IMG/VR virus record: IMGVR_UViG_3300010370_006650
Location: 1-58,619 of that record
Source of the DNA: a virus
Taxonomy: Duplodnaviria; Caudoviricetes
Length of the DNA: 58,619 nucleotides
Direction: 5' to 3' (one strand)
Both the position numbers and the translations under genes were made by a program. This document shows positions 18,901-26,880 of the stretch, piece by piece. Each line of letters starts with the position of its first letter. The stretch's first letter is position 1. The notes below the pieces were generated by a model, which was given only the letters and a program-made list of their open reading frames with translations, had not been told where the DNA came from and ran no database searches.

Positions 18901-19268
18901 TGGCGGACACAGGTTTATCGCAAAGACAATTTAACCTACCGATGGTGTTATATCCAGCGGACATGACGATGACCACTATGGGGTGTCCGCTGGCTTCGAT
19001 GGGACAACACTTTTTTGTTGATTTTAGCACCAATACGACGTTGGATAACGATTACGTCGTAAAGCAAGTTACTCATAATATAGCGCCCGGTAAATTTGAA
19101 ACGCAGTGGAACTTATCTTACTATGACGGTTACGGTCGAATGATTTCTGACAATGATATAACAAGTCAATTAAATGCTGCAGTAAAAGTGCTACAGGACG
19201 TGGATAAGGCGAAACAGACCGCTCCCTCTACCAATCCTGCAGGAAACAATCAGGGCACCAAAAAATAG
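15975..19268 (+). CDS. Putative baseplate hub protein with Pro-rich linker
   Basis: TGATG coupling to LysM gene; C-terminal MTTMGCP..GQHFFVDF..YVVKQVTHNIAPGKFETQWNL typical of hub/gpD-like folds. Confidence 0.6.
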   Translation: MPDFSKNLFDFYRFLSPTDSIGKFVIDSRVGNKNEKESKPIPQIAADKIRQTIIENFTPGLTGTGTGLVNIKDLIGKPKPNESVGETQEQIIQAIRGNYNVVYQAAGAQKSDILYAGYFADYPKPNAQAKEQPKTSPAKPPARTATGKPANPPPSPPSADPPPPPNDKQIERNYWGNVCDEGSDSGPPIDFSVVFMRAPMLSKAVCNTDLIQLYLTAMPPIFANQLMPYCDVEFQIPTLSKPDEGPIRVNRPSLYRFLMGSGRDISNLTEADKSIASILPANAKKKNIPDNNKQQTFFGMEMFTTPQTLVNMDTLTVKGAERLGQTRINDAKPFLPPATLKDVAITIQNAGAKNYGKRTASLKLHVHDRKRLAEMGEFLRGSDGYNKALVWITYGMLAPRNRGEFDSYAKFINENMLVRDAFVITNTQFTFTQDGGCEITLTLAVKGGGRVETTPITFGPVQAKKKALENIITKIRENAAAFGGQRDEKLGFTQSEIRMAQFISSAAEGNIPTSEEEKKNFNDAVKNINEQLKIQLGRGPDFNLQIALELVKDLQDAINKKSSIGNDAAQYVSSKVLGLDEKKDPFLPDARKNDSVFHSTLPLQPPLKDWVAEAIKRGPLKYYDEALCKTLPSDRSNCVSFGRVFSALCMPAILRGIAEEFNWSGLPDLKEAGSCPYEIQFIFYQLNNHCGPASSHNIAEFPMSIPLFVDGFKRLIESTIGGDAIALTQMFSFINEQLQDPRQPGYDRSSFYKSFDPNAKEQQKLEPKEDENKYAGQLRDWGNKYGGDFVTPDLTFEMEVGVGSKTGAPGRNETARDLLTSLTSRVGAGYTEPVYPEGDVGNKKTIIKFHIFDRTCSPLDKVTRALRLSSDGTYYLVSSDYAGDTKFLTHLENRSGELPEGITKVNEQYVFGDQTIAVNIGQGKEALMEWLGQFVPRIVVGTEGSLISQISIQSKTSGLEGLIAIQGGVQKRTSALADTGLSQRQFNLPMVLYPADMTMTTMGCPLASMGQHFFVDFSTNTTLDNDYVVKQVTHNIAPGKFETQWNLSYYDGYGRMISDNDITSQLNAAVKVLQDVDKAKQTAPSTNPAGNNQGTKK

Positions 19269-19310
19269 CGTCATGATACAATAAAGCTATATGCGCTGTA
19301 TAGTTTTGAT

Positions 19311-20513
19311 GTGGAACCCTTCTGCATATCGTCGACGATTCTTGGTTCAGAAAAACACATGGTCGTTTCACAAGACGGTTTTACGACCCTGTCGAAGGCC
19401 CCAACAGACCTCTGGTTTTTAAATGGCGTTTTAGACCCGCTCAAACCGCTATGTCTCGATACACTACTAAAATTAAAAAATGTAGAAGTACCCACCAAAC
19501 CAGCAGAAAAGTGGACCAAGTCGATGTCGCTACTGACTTCAGGTTCGGCAGCGATACCGTGGTCGCAGACGATGCCCTCTGTCGCCTATAAGTCTTTTGT
19601 AAAGAGCCTTGTAAAATCCGTCGCTGAAACCATCGACGAGTTACCAAAGGATTATTATAAGAGTACCTGGTGTCCCGGTGGTCAACTGTTATGTAGTTTG
19701 AAGGCGGCGAAGGTCGATCCAAAGCTATATAGAGAGATCAGCGCTGAAATTGAGCGAGATTCAGGAGCGTTCGAGACGTTCAAGCCAGGTCCCGGTGGAT
19801 TTTTACCTCCTGTCGTGTACGATCGATTCGCGACGAGGACCGGTAGGTTGACGGTCGAAAGCGGACCAAATATCCTGACTCTTAAGAAAAAATATCGACA
19901 AATACTCAAGTCGACTTTTGCAGAAGGAGCCATTTGTTCCTTGGACTTCGGCGCCCTCGAAGCTCGAATTATTCTTGCAGAAAACGGAAAGGTAGCAACA
20001 GCACCAGACCTCTATAGTTCGTTGGCGACCGAACTATTTGGTGGAACGATCGATAGGGAAGCTGTCAAGATCGCTGTCATTAGCGAATTATACGGAGCTT
20101 CGAAGTCGGCTCTCGGTGCTCGTTTAGGAATTGGTAGTCATAAACTAGAGGAGTTCGTTACAAAAGTCAGGTCGTATTTCGGTACTGCCGAACTTCGCAA
20201 GCGCTTGAAAGAAGAATTCATAAAGACGGGTAAAATCAGAAATAAACACGGTAGATTTCTCGACCTCGACGATCCTCAGGATCACCTTTTCGTTAACACT
20301 TATGCTCAGAGCACGGGTGTCGATGTTTCGTTGCTAGGATTTAAGGCAGTCTTAGAGAAGTTGGGAACTGACGGTGTACGCCCCCTGTTCGTCCTTCACG
20401 ACGCGTTGATTCTCGACGTGAGAGAAGACAGATTGTCAGACGTAGAGGCGATTCGGTCGACGAGTGTGCCAGGATACGCTAACGAATTCCCGCTTAAGTT
20501 CGAAAGGCTTTGA
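19311..20513 (+). CDS. polA: Minimal family A DNA polymerase (polymerase domain only)
   Basis: TRTGRL, motif A LDFGALEARI, motif B REAVK..LYG, NTYAQSTG, motif C LHDAL; only 400 aa. Confidence 0.85.
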   Translation: MEPFCISSTILGSEKHMVVSQDGFTTLSKAPTDLWFLNGVLDPLKPLCLDTLLKLKNVEVPTKPAEKWTKSMSLLTSGSAAIPWSQTMPSVAYKSFVKSLVKSVAETIDELPKDYYKSTWCPGGQLLCSLKAAKVDPKLYREISAEIERDSGAFETFKPGPGGFLPPVVYDRFATRTGRLTVESGPNILTLKKKYRQILKSTFAEGAICSLDFGALEARIILAENGKVATAPDLYSSLATELFGGTIDREAVKIAVISELYGASKSALGARLGIGSHKLEEFVTKVRSYFGTAELRKRLKEEFIKTGKIRNKHGRFLDLDDPQDHLFVNTYAQSTGVDVSLLGFKAVLEKLGTDGVRPLFVLHDALILDVREDRLSDVEAIRSTSVPGYANEFPLKFERL

Positions 20514-20746
20514 TGAACGTCGGCGACTTAGTAACATTAACTTCGGTGCGACCAACAGTTCAGTTAGTCAACTTTGGACACGATCCGCCGGACAGTGGTA
20601 TTGTACAGTCAAACGAGCTGTGTATTGTGCTTGCCATCGAGGCTCCTGAAGCTTCGATCTGGGGTAAAATAAAGGTTTTAGGCAATCGAGGCAACATCGG
20701 TTGGGCTGAAGACGGTTTGTTTTTTGTCGTTGCAAAGTTTTGCTAA
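20513..20746 (+). CDS. Small hypothetical protein (SH3-like barrel possible)
   Basis: TGATG-coupled; MNVGDLV..KIKVL..GNIGW pattern. Confidence 0.6.
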   Translation: MNVGDLVTLTSVRPTVQLVNFGHDPPDSGIVQSNELCIVLAIEAPEASIWGKIKVLGNRGNIGWAEDGLFFVVAKFC

Positions 20747-20799
20747 ATTTTTTTTTTTTTGAAAAAGCGTTATATTTATCAAGTCACCCAGAGGGTAAC

Positions 20800-21333
20800 A
20801 TGAAGATTACAGCAACACAACTACGTAGAATTATCAAAGAAGAACTTGAAGCTGTTAACGAAGCCGTCGACTTCGGCGCTGCATTGTCTGCAGGATCCTT
20901 GGCCGGTGTAGGCCGCGCTTCCATTGTCGCTGCACTCTCGGCATTATCTGATGCAGATTTCAAGAAGTTGGAATTAGCCCTTCGCGAGGCCGGTTTCGCA
21001 AGAGAAGATTCGAAGCGCACCGGCGCGATAGCTGCCGTTGCGGGAAAAATGACCCCAGCTTCTATCTCTAAGAAGATCAACGCTTCTTTGTCGAGCTATA
21101 ACTGGTCGTGGGCCGGTGAATACGACTCCGATAAGCGCGATGCGGTTAACGCTGTTCTTGACAGCACACTTGGTGCCGGAACAGGCAAAAAGTTCGATGA
21201 TGCATTGTATTACTATAATGCAACGGACAAGAGCGATGCCTTCAGGAAGATGTCTCGTGCCGAAGCTGATCGTAAGTATAAGTCGGCGATGGAAACATTG
21301 GCACGAATTGCTGGCGATCTTGCGATGGCGTGA
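20800..21333 (+). CDS. Putative internal head protein with MKIT-x-x-QLRRIIKEE leader
   Basis: ATG 20800 after GAGGG RBS and ATATTTA; leader shared with 38364 ORF. Confidence 0.7.
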   Translation: MKITATQLRRIIKEELEAVNEAVDFGAALSAGSLAGVGRASIVAALSALSDADFKKLELALREAGFAREDSKRTGAIAAVAGKMTPASISKKINASLSSYNWSWAGEYDSDKRDAVNAVLDSTLGAGTGKKFDDALYYYNATDKSDAFRKMSRAEADRKYKSAMETLARIAGDLAMA

Positions 21334-21381
21334 TCTTGTAGTTCATCTACAAAAATTACCGAAAAACTTGGTGAACAATGG

Positions 21382-21410
21382 GGCCACAGTATAGTACTGT
21401 GGCCTTTATT
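21382..21410 (+). terminator. Hairpin / intrinsic terminator candidate
   Basis: GGCCACAGTA-TAG-TACTGTGGCC then TTTATT. Confidence 0.6.
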
Positions 21411-21455
21411 AATTTAAAAATACGATATAGTTATTTCCTGGAGGTTTAATCCATC

Positions 21456-22370
21456 ATGGAAGTAAAATATGTCGTATACTGTTATAGTTGCCATTGTAGC
21501 CTTTGTCAAGGAAAAGACATTTATGTTGGTAAGTCAAAGTATGGATTAGAAAATAGGCACAAAGGTCACGTAAAATGTGCTAAAAGAATTTTATCGGGTG
21601 AAGGTAAGCCCAAAGATATTAAATTCGATTATTTTCTTGCCAAACACGGAATTGAAAATTGTCATATTAGAGAGTTGAAAACATTTCTCACCGAAGAAGA
21701 GATGAATGATGGAGAAATTTTTTTAATTCAAGAAATGAAAACAGACATTTCATTTGGTGGAATGAATTTTGATATTGGCGGGAAAGGAGGTCGAAAAAAA
21801 GGACGTTATAAAATGTCTCAACAGGCTAAAGAAAATTTGAGCATATCGTTAAAACAATATTACTCTCACAATAGCTTTACCCAAGCTGCTAAAGATCATC
21901 TTTCAAATTTGGCAAAAAAAAGACATGAAGATGATCCTGAACTAGGAAAGAGAATAAATCATTCATCATGGGAGACGATTAAGAAAAAATGTCTTGAAGA
22001 TGAAGAATATAATGAAGCATTCAAAAAAATGCAACTTGAAAAAGCGAACAAGGGTGGTCAAGCTTTTTTAAAAAAATTAGAAGATGAAAATTTTAAACAA
22101 GATTATTGCGAAAAAGTAAGTGAAGCAGTTTCTACGTGGTGTGAAGAAAACAAAGAAAAAGTTAAGCAAAGAGCAAAAAAAATAGCAGAGAATAGATCTG
22201 CTAATGGAAAATGGATTGAATCGATTAGAGAAGCTAACAAAAAAGTTACAAAAGAAGAGTACACAAAAAGAGTAGAAAAGGGTTGGGAAACGCGTAGGAA
22301 AAATCTTTTGAACAAATTAAAAGATTCTGATGATAATCAAGAAAATGAAACAGAGACAACTAACTCCTGA
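21456..22370 (+). CDS. GIY-YIG family homing endonuclease-like protein
   Basis: VVY..IYVGKS..ENRHKGH..E..GGMN; Lys-rich NUMOD-like C-terminus; strongly AT-rich. Confidence 0.75.
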   Translation: MEVKYVVYCYSCHCSLCQGKDIYVGKSKYGLENRHKGHVKCAKRILSGEGKPKDIKFDYFLAKHGIENCHIRELKTFLTEEEMNDGEIFLIQEMKTDISFGGMNFDIGGKGGRKKGRYKMSQQAKENLSISLKQYYSHNSFTQAAKDHLSNLAKKRHEDDPELGKRINHSSWETIKKKCLEDEEYNEAFKKMQLEKANKGGQAFLKKLEDENFKQDYCEKVSEAVSTWCEENKEKVKQRAKKIAENRSANGKWIESIREANKKVTKEEYTKRVEKGWETRRKNLLNKLKDSDDNQENETETTNS

Positions 22371-22938
22371 AGAAATTGCTGCGAATTTTGATAAATTTAG
22401 ATCACTATGCGAGAAGCTTGGTGACCGATCACAATCAGCATTAAATCTTGTGGATTCTTTGGGAGAGCGTCTTGCAATTTGTCCTGCCTCGTCCAGACTA
22501 GATTTTCATAATTGCATGGTTGGTGGATTAGTCGACCATTCGCTGCGTGTTCTTTCGAATGCGATGAAGCTGTGCAAGGCATTTGGCTGGGAAGTTCCAA
22601 AGGATTCCCTAATCATTGGGTGTTTGTTTCACGACCTCGGCAAGGTCGGCGATCACGAGCAAGATTATTATCTTCCTCAGGATTCTGACTGGCATCGAGA
22701 GAAGCTTGGCGAGATGTACAAGTACAATCGCGATATGCAGTATATGACTGTTCCTGATCGCGGAGTTTGGTTGTGCCAACACTTTGGACTGAAACTAACC
22801 CAAGACGAGTGGTTGGCCATCAAACTAAACGATGGACAATACGCAGACGAAAATGCTCCCTACAAGATGAAGGAGCCGAGGCTAGTCGACATCGTGCACA
22901 CGGCAGACCTTATTTCTACGAAGCAAGAAAAGGAATGA
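22345..22938 (+). CDS. HD-domain phosphohydrolase (YhaM-like HD)
   Basis: PAS..FHN..GGLVDHSLRV..LFHDLGKVG..HTAD. Confidence 0.85.
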   Translation: MKQRQLTPEEIAANFDKFRSLCEKLGDRSQSALNLVDSLGERLAICPASSRLDFHNCMVGGLVDHSLRVLSNAMKLCKAFGWEVPKDSLIIGCLFHDLGKVGDHEQDYYLPQDSDWHREKLGEMYKYNRDMQYMTVPDRGVWLCQHFGLKLTQDEWLAIKLNDGQYADENAPYKMKEPRLVDIVHTADLISTKQEKE

Positions 22939-22954
22939 CGCCATACTTAAATCT

Positions 22955-23215
22955 ATGAGCGTATTATTACGTCGGTACATTAGATCGATTATTCTTGAGA
23001 TCGAGGGTAACGCCCACGTACCAAACCAGATGCCAGGTACAAAAAAGCCAGGCGATAATGATAAGGACGAGGATGAGGTCGAGGAATTGGGCGAGTTCAG
23101 CGGCGCAGGAGCGATCGCTGGTTTTGCAGCGCCGCTTGGATACGCTGGTAAAGACGCCGAAGGTCCAGGTGCTAAGGGCGAACGCGACAAGCGTAAAAAG
23201 CCAGGTTGGCGCTGA
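22955..23215 (+). CDS. Small late protein with LRRYIRSIILE leader
   Basis: ATACTTA 5 nt before ATG; acidic/Gly-Ala segment EFSGAGAIAG. Confidence 0.7.
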   Translation: MSVLLRRYIRSIILEIEGNAHVPNQMPGTKKPGDNDKDEDEVEELGEFSGAGAIAGFAAPLGYAGKDAEGPGAKGERDKRKKPGWR

Positions 23216-23224
23216 AAAGAAACC

Positions 23225-23332
23225 TTGAACAGTCAAAAAGTTTTGTGGTAGGGTAGAAATACCTGCACGGTGCAGGGTGATATTCCTACCACAGGTTAGG
23301 AATAGGAAACGGAAAAGGATAAGGAAAATATT
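23225..23332 (+). promoter_or_regulatory. Promoter and structured leader of SSB gene
   Basis: TTGAAC-18nt-TAGGGT; hairpins CCTGCA/TGCAGG and TATTCCTA/TAGGAATA; five GGA units at 6-nt period. Confidence 0.55.
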
Positions 23333-24178
23333 ATGGCAATTGATCTAGAAGCAATTAAGCGTCGTGTTGCAGAGCTTTCGGGTGTGAAGAAGACGTCGTC
23401 GGTCCAGTTGTGGAAGCCGAGTCTTGGCGAGCACAAGATTCGATGTCTACCATGGAAGAACGCGCCAGATGGGCAACCCTTCATGGAGAGATGGTTCTAT
23501 TACATTGGCGATAATGCTGGTATCTTGGCTCCCAACCAATTTGGCAAGCCTGATCCAATCAACGAGTTGATTCGTAAGCTATATAGCAGCGGTAAGCCCG
23601 ATGATAGGGTTCTAGCCAAGAAGCTACAACCAAAGATGCGATGCTACGCTCCAGTTATCGTCCGTGGAGAAGAGGACAAAGGCGTCCAAATTTGGAGCTT
23701 CGGTAAGTTGGTTTATCAGCGTATGCTTGGATTCTTCCTCGACGAGGAGGTCGGTGATATTCTCTCCCCAACGGAGGGTTTCGATCTAAAGGTGTCGATT
23801 ACGAAGCAACCAGGCAAGCAGTTTAACGATACGACAGTCGACCCAGCTCGTCGTCCAACGAAGCTACACGAGGATTCGAAGGTCGCCGAACAATGGCTTA
23901 ATTCGATTCCAAATCTTGACGATATGTATCGTCTAAAGTCGACGCAAGAGATCGAGACTGTTCTCAATAACTGGTTGAGCGGTGGCACGTCCGAAGAGAT
24001 GGCAACGCCTCCAACGACGAGAGGTCCAGCTCCAGCTGATGCGCTTGATGATTTGGTCGCTGAGGTTAAGGCTTCAGCACCAGAGAAGAAGAAGGTCAAG
24101 AAGACCGAGGACGAGGCACCTGTTAAGAAGCAATCGCTAGACGATGCTTTCGCTGACCTAATGGGCGACGACGACTGA
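23333..24178 (+). CDS. Single-stranded DNA-binding protein (T4 gp32-like)
   Basis: LWKP..IRCLP, PVIVRGEEDKGVQIWSFGK, EGFDLKV, acidic C-terminus LDDAFADLMGDDD. Confidence 0.85.
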   Translation: MAIDLEAIKRRVAELSGVKKTSSVQLWKPSLGEHKIRCLPWKNAPDGQPFMERWFYYIGDNAGILAPNQFGKPDPINELIRKLYSSGKPDDRVLAKKLQPKMRCYAPVIVRGEEDKGVQIWSFGKLVYQRMLGFFLDEEVGDILSPTEGFDLKVSITKQPGKQFNDTTVDPARRPTKLHEDSKVAEQWLNSIPNLDDMYRLKSTQEIETVLNNWLSGGTSEEMATPPTTRGPAPADALDDLVAEVKASAPEKKKVKKTEDEAPVKKQSLDDAFADLMGDDD

Positions 24179-24199
24179 CGTCGTTGTCTGTTGATCAAA

Positions 24200-24230
24200 G
24201 CGCCGGAAATCAAATAGGTTTCCGGCGTTT
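24200..24230 (+). terminator. Intrinsic terminator after SSB, overlapping recA -35
   Basis: CGCCGGAAA-9nt-TTTCCGGCG then TTT. Confidence 0.65.
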
Positions 24231-24264
24231 GTACTATTAGAGCTTGATGGGGATAATAACTGTT

Positions 24265-25464
24265 ATGGCAAAATCTAAATCCGAAGACAATCAAATTAAA
24301 AAGAGCAATAACGAAGTTGATAGCATGATGAAAGATCTTATTTCGTCTATCAACAAGGAGTTTGGAACCCGCATCGCTTTTAACCTTTCGGAAATGGATG
24401 CGCCGACCGTAGTAAAGCGCTGGATCGATACAGGGTCGATTCAGCTAAATTACGCTATCAAGAACGCTCTCGGTGGCGGTTACCCCGAGGGTCGAATTAT
24501 CGAAATTTCCGGATTGCCCTCTTCAGGTAAGTCTCACTTGGCTTATCACGCCGCTGCTGTCGCCCAAAAGATGGGTGGTTTGGTCGTTTATATTGATACC
24601 GAAAATGCGACGCCGGTACAGAAGCTTGCCGACATGGGTATCGATGTTCGTAAGCGATTTGTCTATTGCGATTCGCACTGCACCGAAGAAGTTTTCTCGA
24701 TCATTGAGTCGACAATCCTCAAGGCGAAACAAATCATCGAGAAGAACGTTCCCATCCTAGTTATTTGGGATTCCGTCGCGGCTACATCGCCAAAGGCTGA
24801 GCTTGATGGTGAATACGAGCAAAATTCGATTGGTCTTCAAGCACGCGCTATCTCCAAGGGCATGCGAAAGATCACTGGAGTTATCGGGCAGAATAATGTG
24901 ACTTTGCTGTGTCTCAATCAAATTAGAGACAACATCGGCGTAATGCACGGCGATCCATTGACCACGCCTGGTGGCAGAGCTATTCCCTTTCACTCCTCCG
25001 TACGTATCCGACTTGGAAGTGGAAATCAAGTCAAGGACAAGAACGGTATGCCGATTGGTATTCATACCACGGTAACAATCAAGAAGAACAAGGTCGCTCC
25101 ACCATTTCGCAAGTGCGAGTTCGATATCATCTTTGGTAGAGGAATTGTCGAAGACGAATATCTATTCGACGAATGTCGCGCTCATTGTAAGGAGAACGGT
25201 CCCGTCAAGCGCAAGGGTCACACCATTAATATTTCAGGTGAAGGCGCGTGGAAGGAACTTAGCGTTGTCAATGAAAAGACGGGTGAGGTTGTGGTAGAAA
25301 AGAAGTTCTATAAGAACGACTTCGGAGCGTTGATGAAAGACAATATCCATGGTCCTTTTATCATGGAAGTAATTGATGCAGCTTTAACTATGACTGCGGG
25401 TCCTGCTGCTGACCCGACAGAGATTGATGATAACGTTGCTGATGATGGAGGCACCGATGAGTGA
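24265..25464 (+). CDS. recA: RecA/UvsX recombinase
   Basis: IDTGSIQL, GGGYPEGRIIEISGLPSSGKS, YIDTE, WDSVAA, NQIR, TTPGGRA, KKNKVAPPF. Confidence 0.97.
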   Translation: MAKSKSEDNQIKKSNNEVDSMMKDLISSINKEFGTRIAFNLSEMDAPTVVKRWIDTGSIQLNYAIKNALGGGYPEGRIIEISGLPSSGKSHLAYHAAAVAQKMGGLVVYIDTENATPVQKLADMGIDVRKRFVYCDSHCTEEVFSIIESTILKAKQIIEKNVPILVIWDSVAATSPKAELDGEYEQNSIGLQARAISKGMRKITGVIGQNNVTLLCLNQIRDNIGVMHGDPLTTPGGRAIPFHSSVRIRLGSGNQVKDKNGMPIGIHTTVTIKKNKVAPPFRKCEFDIIFGRGIVEDEYLFDECRAHCKENGPVKRKGHTINISGEGAWKELSVVNEKTGEVVVEKKFYKNDFGALMKDNIHGPFIMEVIDAALTMTAGPAADPTEIDDNVADDGGTDE

Positions 25465-25906
25465 AAGACCAACTAACCCAATCTGGATTAAAGTTTTAAC
25501 AGACGATATTTCGCAAATTCCAGCATATCAAACATCTGGTTCCGCGGCTTGTGACTTAAAGTCCACCGATGAGTTAGTTATTCCTTCAGGAACGCGCGTA
25601 ACAGTAGGAACTGGTATTAAGCTAGAGATTCCTAACGGTTTTGGTGCAATGGTATGCTCACGGTCGGGTCTAGCTGCCAAGAACGGAATTCAGGTTCTAA
25701 ACGCTCCTGGCATCATTGATACCGACTATAGAGGAGAGATAAAGGTAATTCTGCATAACTCAGGTCAGTCAGAGTTTATTGTTAAAAAAGGCGATAGGAT
25801 TGCACAACTTTTATTTTTCCCCATTTTTCAAGCCATCTTTCAAAAGGCAGAACTAATTGACAATACTGCTCGTGGCGAAGGCGGTCTTGGAAGTACTGGT
25901 GTTTGA
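25457..25906 (+). CDS. dut: Trimeric dUTPase
   Basis: AACDL, RSGLAAK, GIIDTDYRGE, GDRIAQL, RGEGGLGSTG. Confidence 0.97.
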   Translation: MSERPTNPIWIKVLTDDISQIPAYQTSGSAACDLKSTDELVIPSGTRVTVGTGIKLEIPNGFGAMVCSRSGLAAKNGIQVLNAPGIIDTDYRGEIKVILHNSGQSEFIVKKGDRIAQLLFFPIFQAIFQKAELIDNTARGEGGLGSTGV

Positions 25907-26871
25907 TGACTGACAGACCAATACTCATCGTCGACGGCGCAAATCTCTTTATCAGGTCTTGGGCCGCTTACCCAACGATGTCCGCTCATGGTTACCAAAT
26001 GGGAGGATGTATGGGATTTATGAAGACGCTCGGAAGAATCTTAACAGAGATTCAACCTAAAGCTGTCTACGTAGCCTGGGAAGGTGGCGGTTCACAGCGC
26101 CGTCGACGTTTATTCCCCGAATATAAGATGGGTCGTAAGGCCCAAAAGCTAAATCGCTTCTATGGCGATGATATTCCCGAGTCGGAAGAGAATAAAAAAC
26201 ATCAGCTGATTTCGTTGTTGGGAATGCTAAAGTTTACGCCAGCTTGTCAGATTTATGTTTCCGACTGCGAAGGCGACGACATCGTCGCTTTTTTGTGTAA
26301 AGGACCATTTAGGCAAGAAAATAAGATCATCGTTTCGTCCGACAAAGACATGTATCAGTTGTTGGATGAAAAGACCAAGATTTATTCGTTGCACAAGAAG
26401 ATCGTGCTTACTGCAGAGGACATTTTTGAAGAATATCGAATTAAGACCCACAACTTTGCGATTGCTAAGGCTTTGTGCGGCGATGTTGGCGATAACGTTC
26501 CGGGCATAAAAGGCATCGGATTCAAGACTGCGGCTACGAAATTTCCGATGCTTGGTAACGATTCAGAAATTCTTTTACAAGAGGTCATCGATTTTTGTCA
26601 CTCGCATTCTTCCGAGTCGACTATTTATCGCCGCGTTTTGGAGAGTGAACATGATCTTAAGAGAAATTGGCGACTCGTTCATCTGGATGGTAGCATGTTA
26701 TCAGCAGATCAGATTTCGCGCGTACAACATGTCATCGATACATTCGCCCCTCGTGTTGATAGGATTGGCCTTATAAAGGCCCTGGTTAAAGAAGGCGTTA
26801 ATGACTTTGACATCGAAGCATTCATTTATGCTTTTAGATGCGTAAGTGGACTTGGATCTTCAAATAACTAA
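25906..26871 (+). CDS. 5'-3' exonuclease / flap endonuclease (Pol I N-terminal, T4 RNase H-like)
   Basis: LIVDGANL, EYKMGR, EGDDIVA, SSDKDMYQL, GDVGDNVPGIKGIGFKTA. Confidence 0.93.
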   Translation: MTDRPILIVDGANLFIRSWAAYPTMSAHGYQMGGCMGFMKTLGRILTEIQPKAVYVAWEGGGSQRRRRLFPEYKMGRKAQKLNRFYGDDIPESEENKKHQLISLLGMLKFTPACQIYVSDCEGDDIVAFLCKGPFRQENKIIVSSDKDMYQLLDEKTKIYSLHKKIVLTAEDIFEEYRIKTHNFAIAKALCGDVGDNVPGIKGIGFKTAATKFPMLGNDSEILLQEVIDFCHSHSSESTIYRRVLESEHDLKRNWRLVHLDGSMLSADQISRVQHVIDTFAPRVDRIGLIKALVKEGVNDFDIEAFIYAFRCVSGLGSSNN

Positions 26872-26880
26872 GAGAACACA

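Noticed and set aside
1-19268. Bacterial contractile injection system or tailocin
   Set aside because: Contiguous with phage-type SSB, helicase, recombinase and homing endonucleases, which indicates a phage genome
20740-20799. ORF-track start at 20740 through a 14-T run (MLNFFFF)
   Set aside because: The real start is more likely ATG 20800 with RBS and promoter motif; the T run is intergenic
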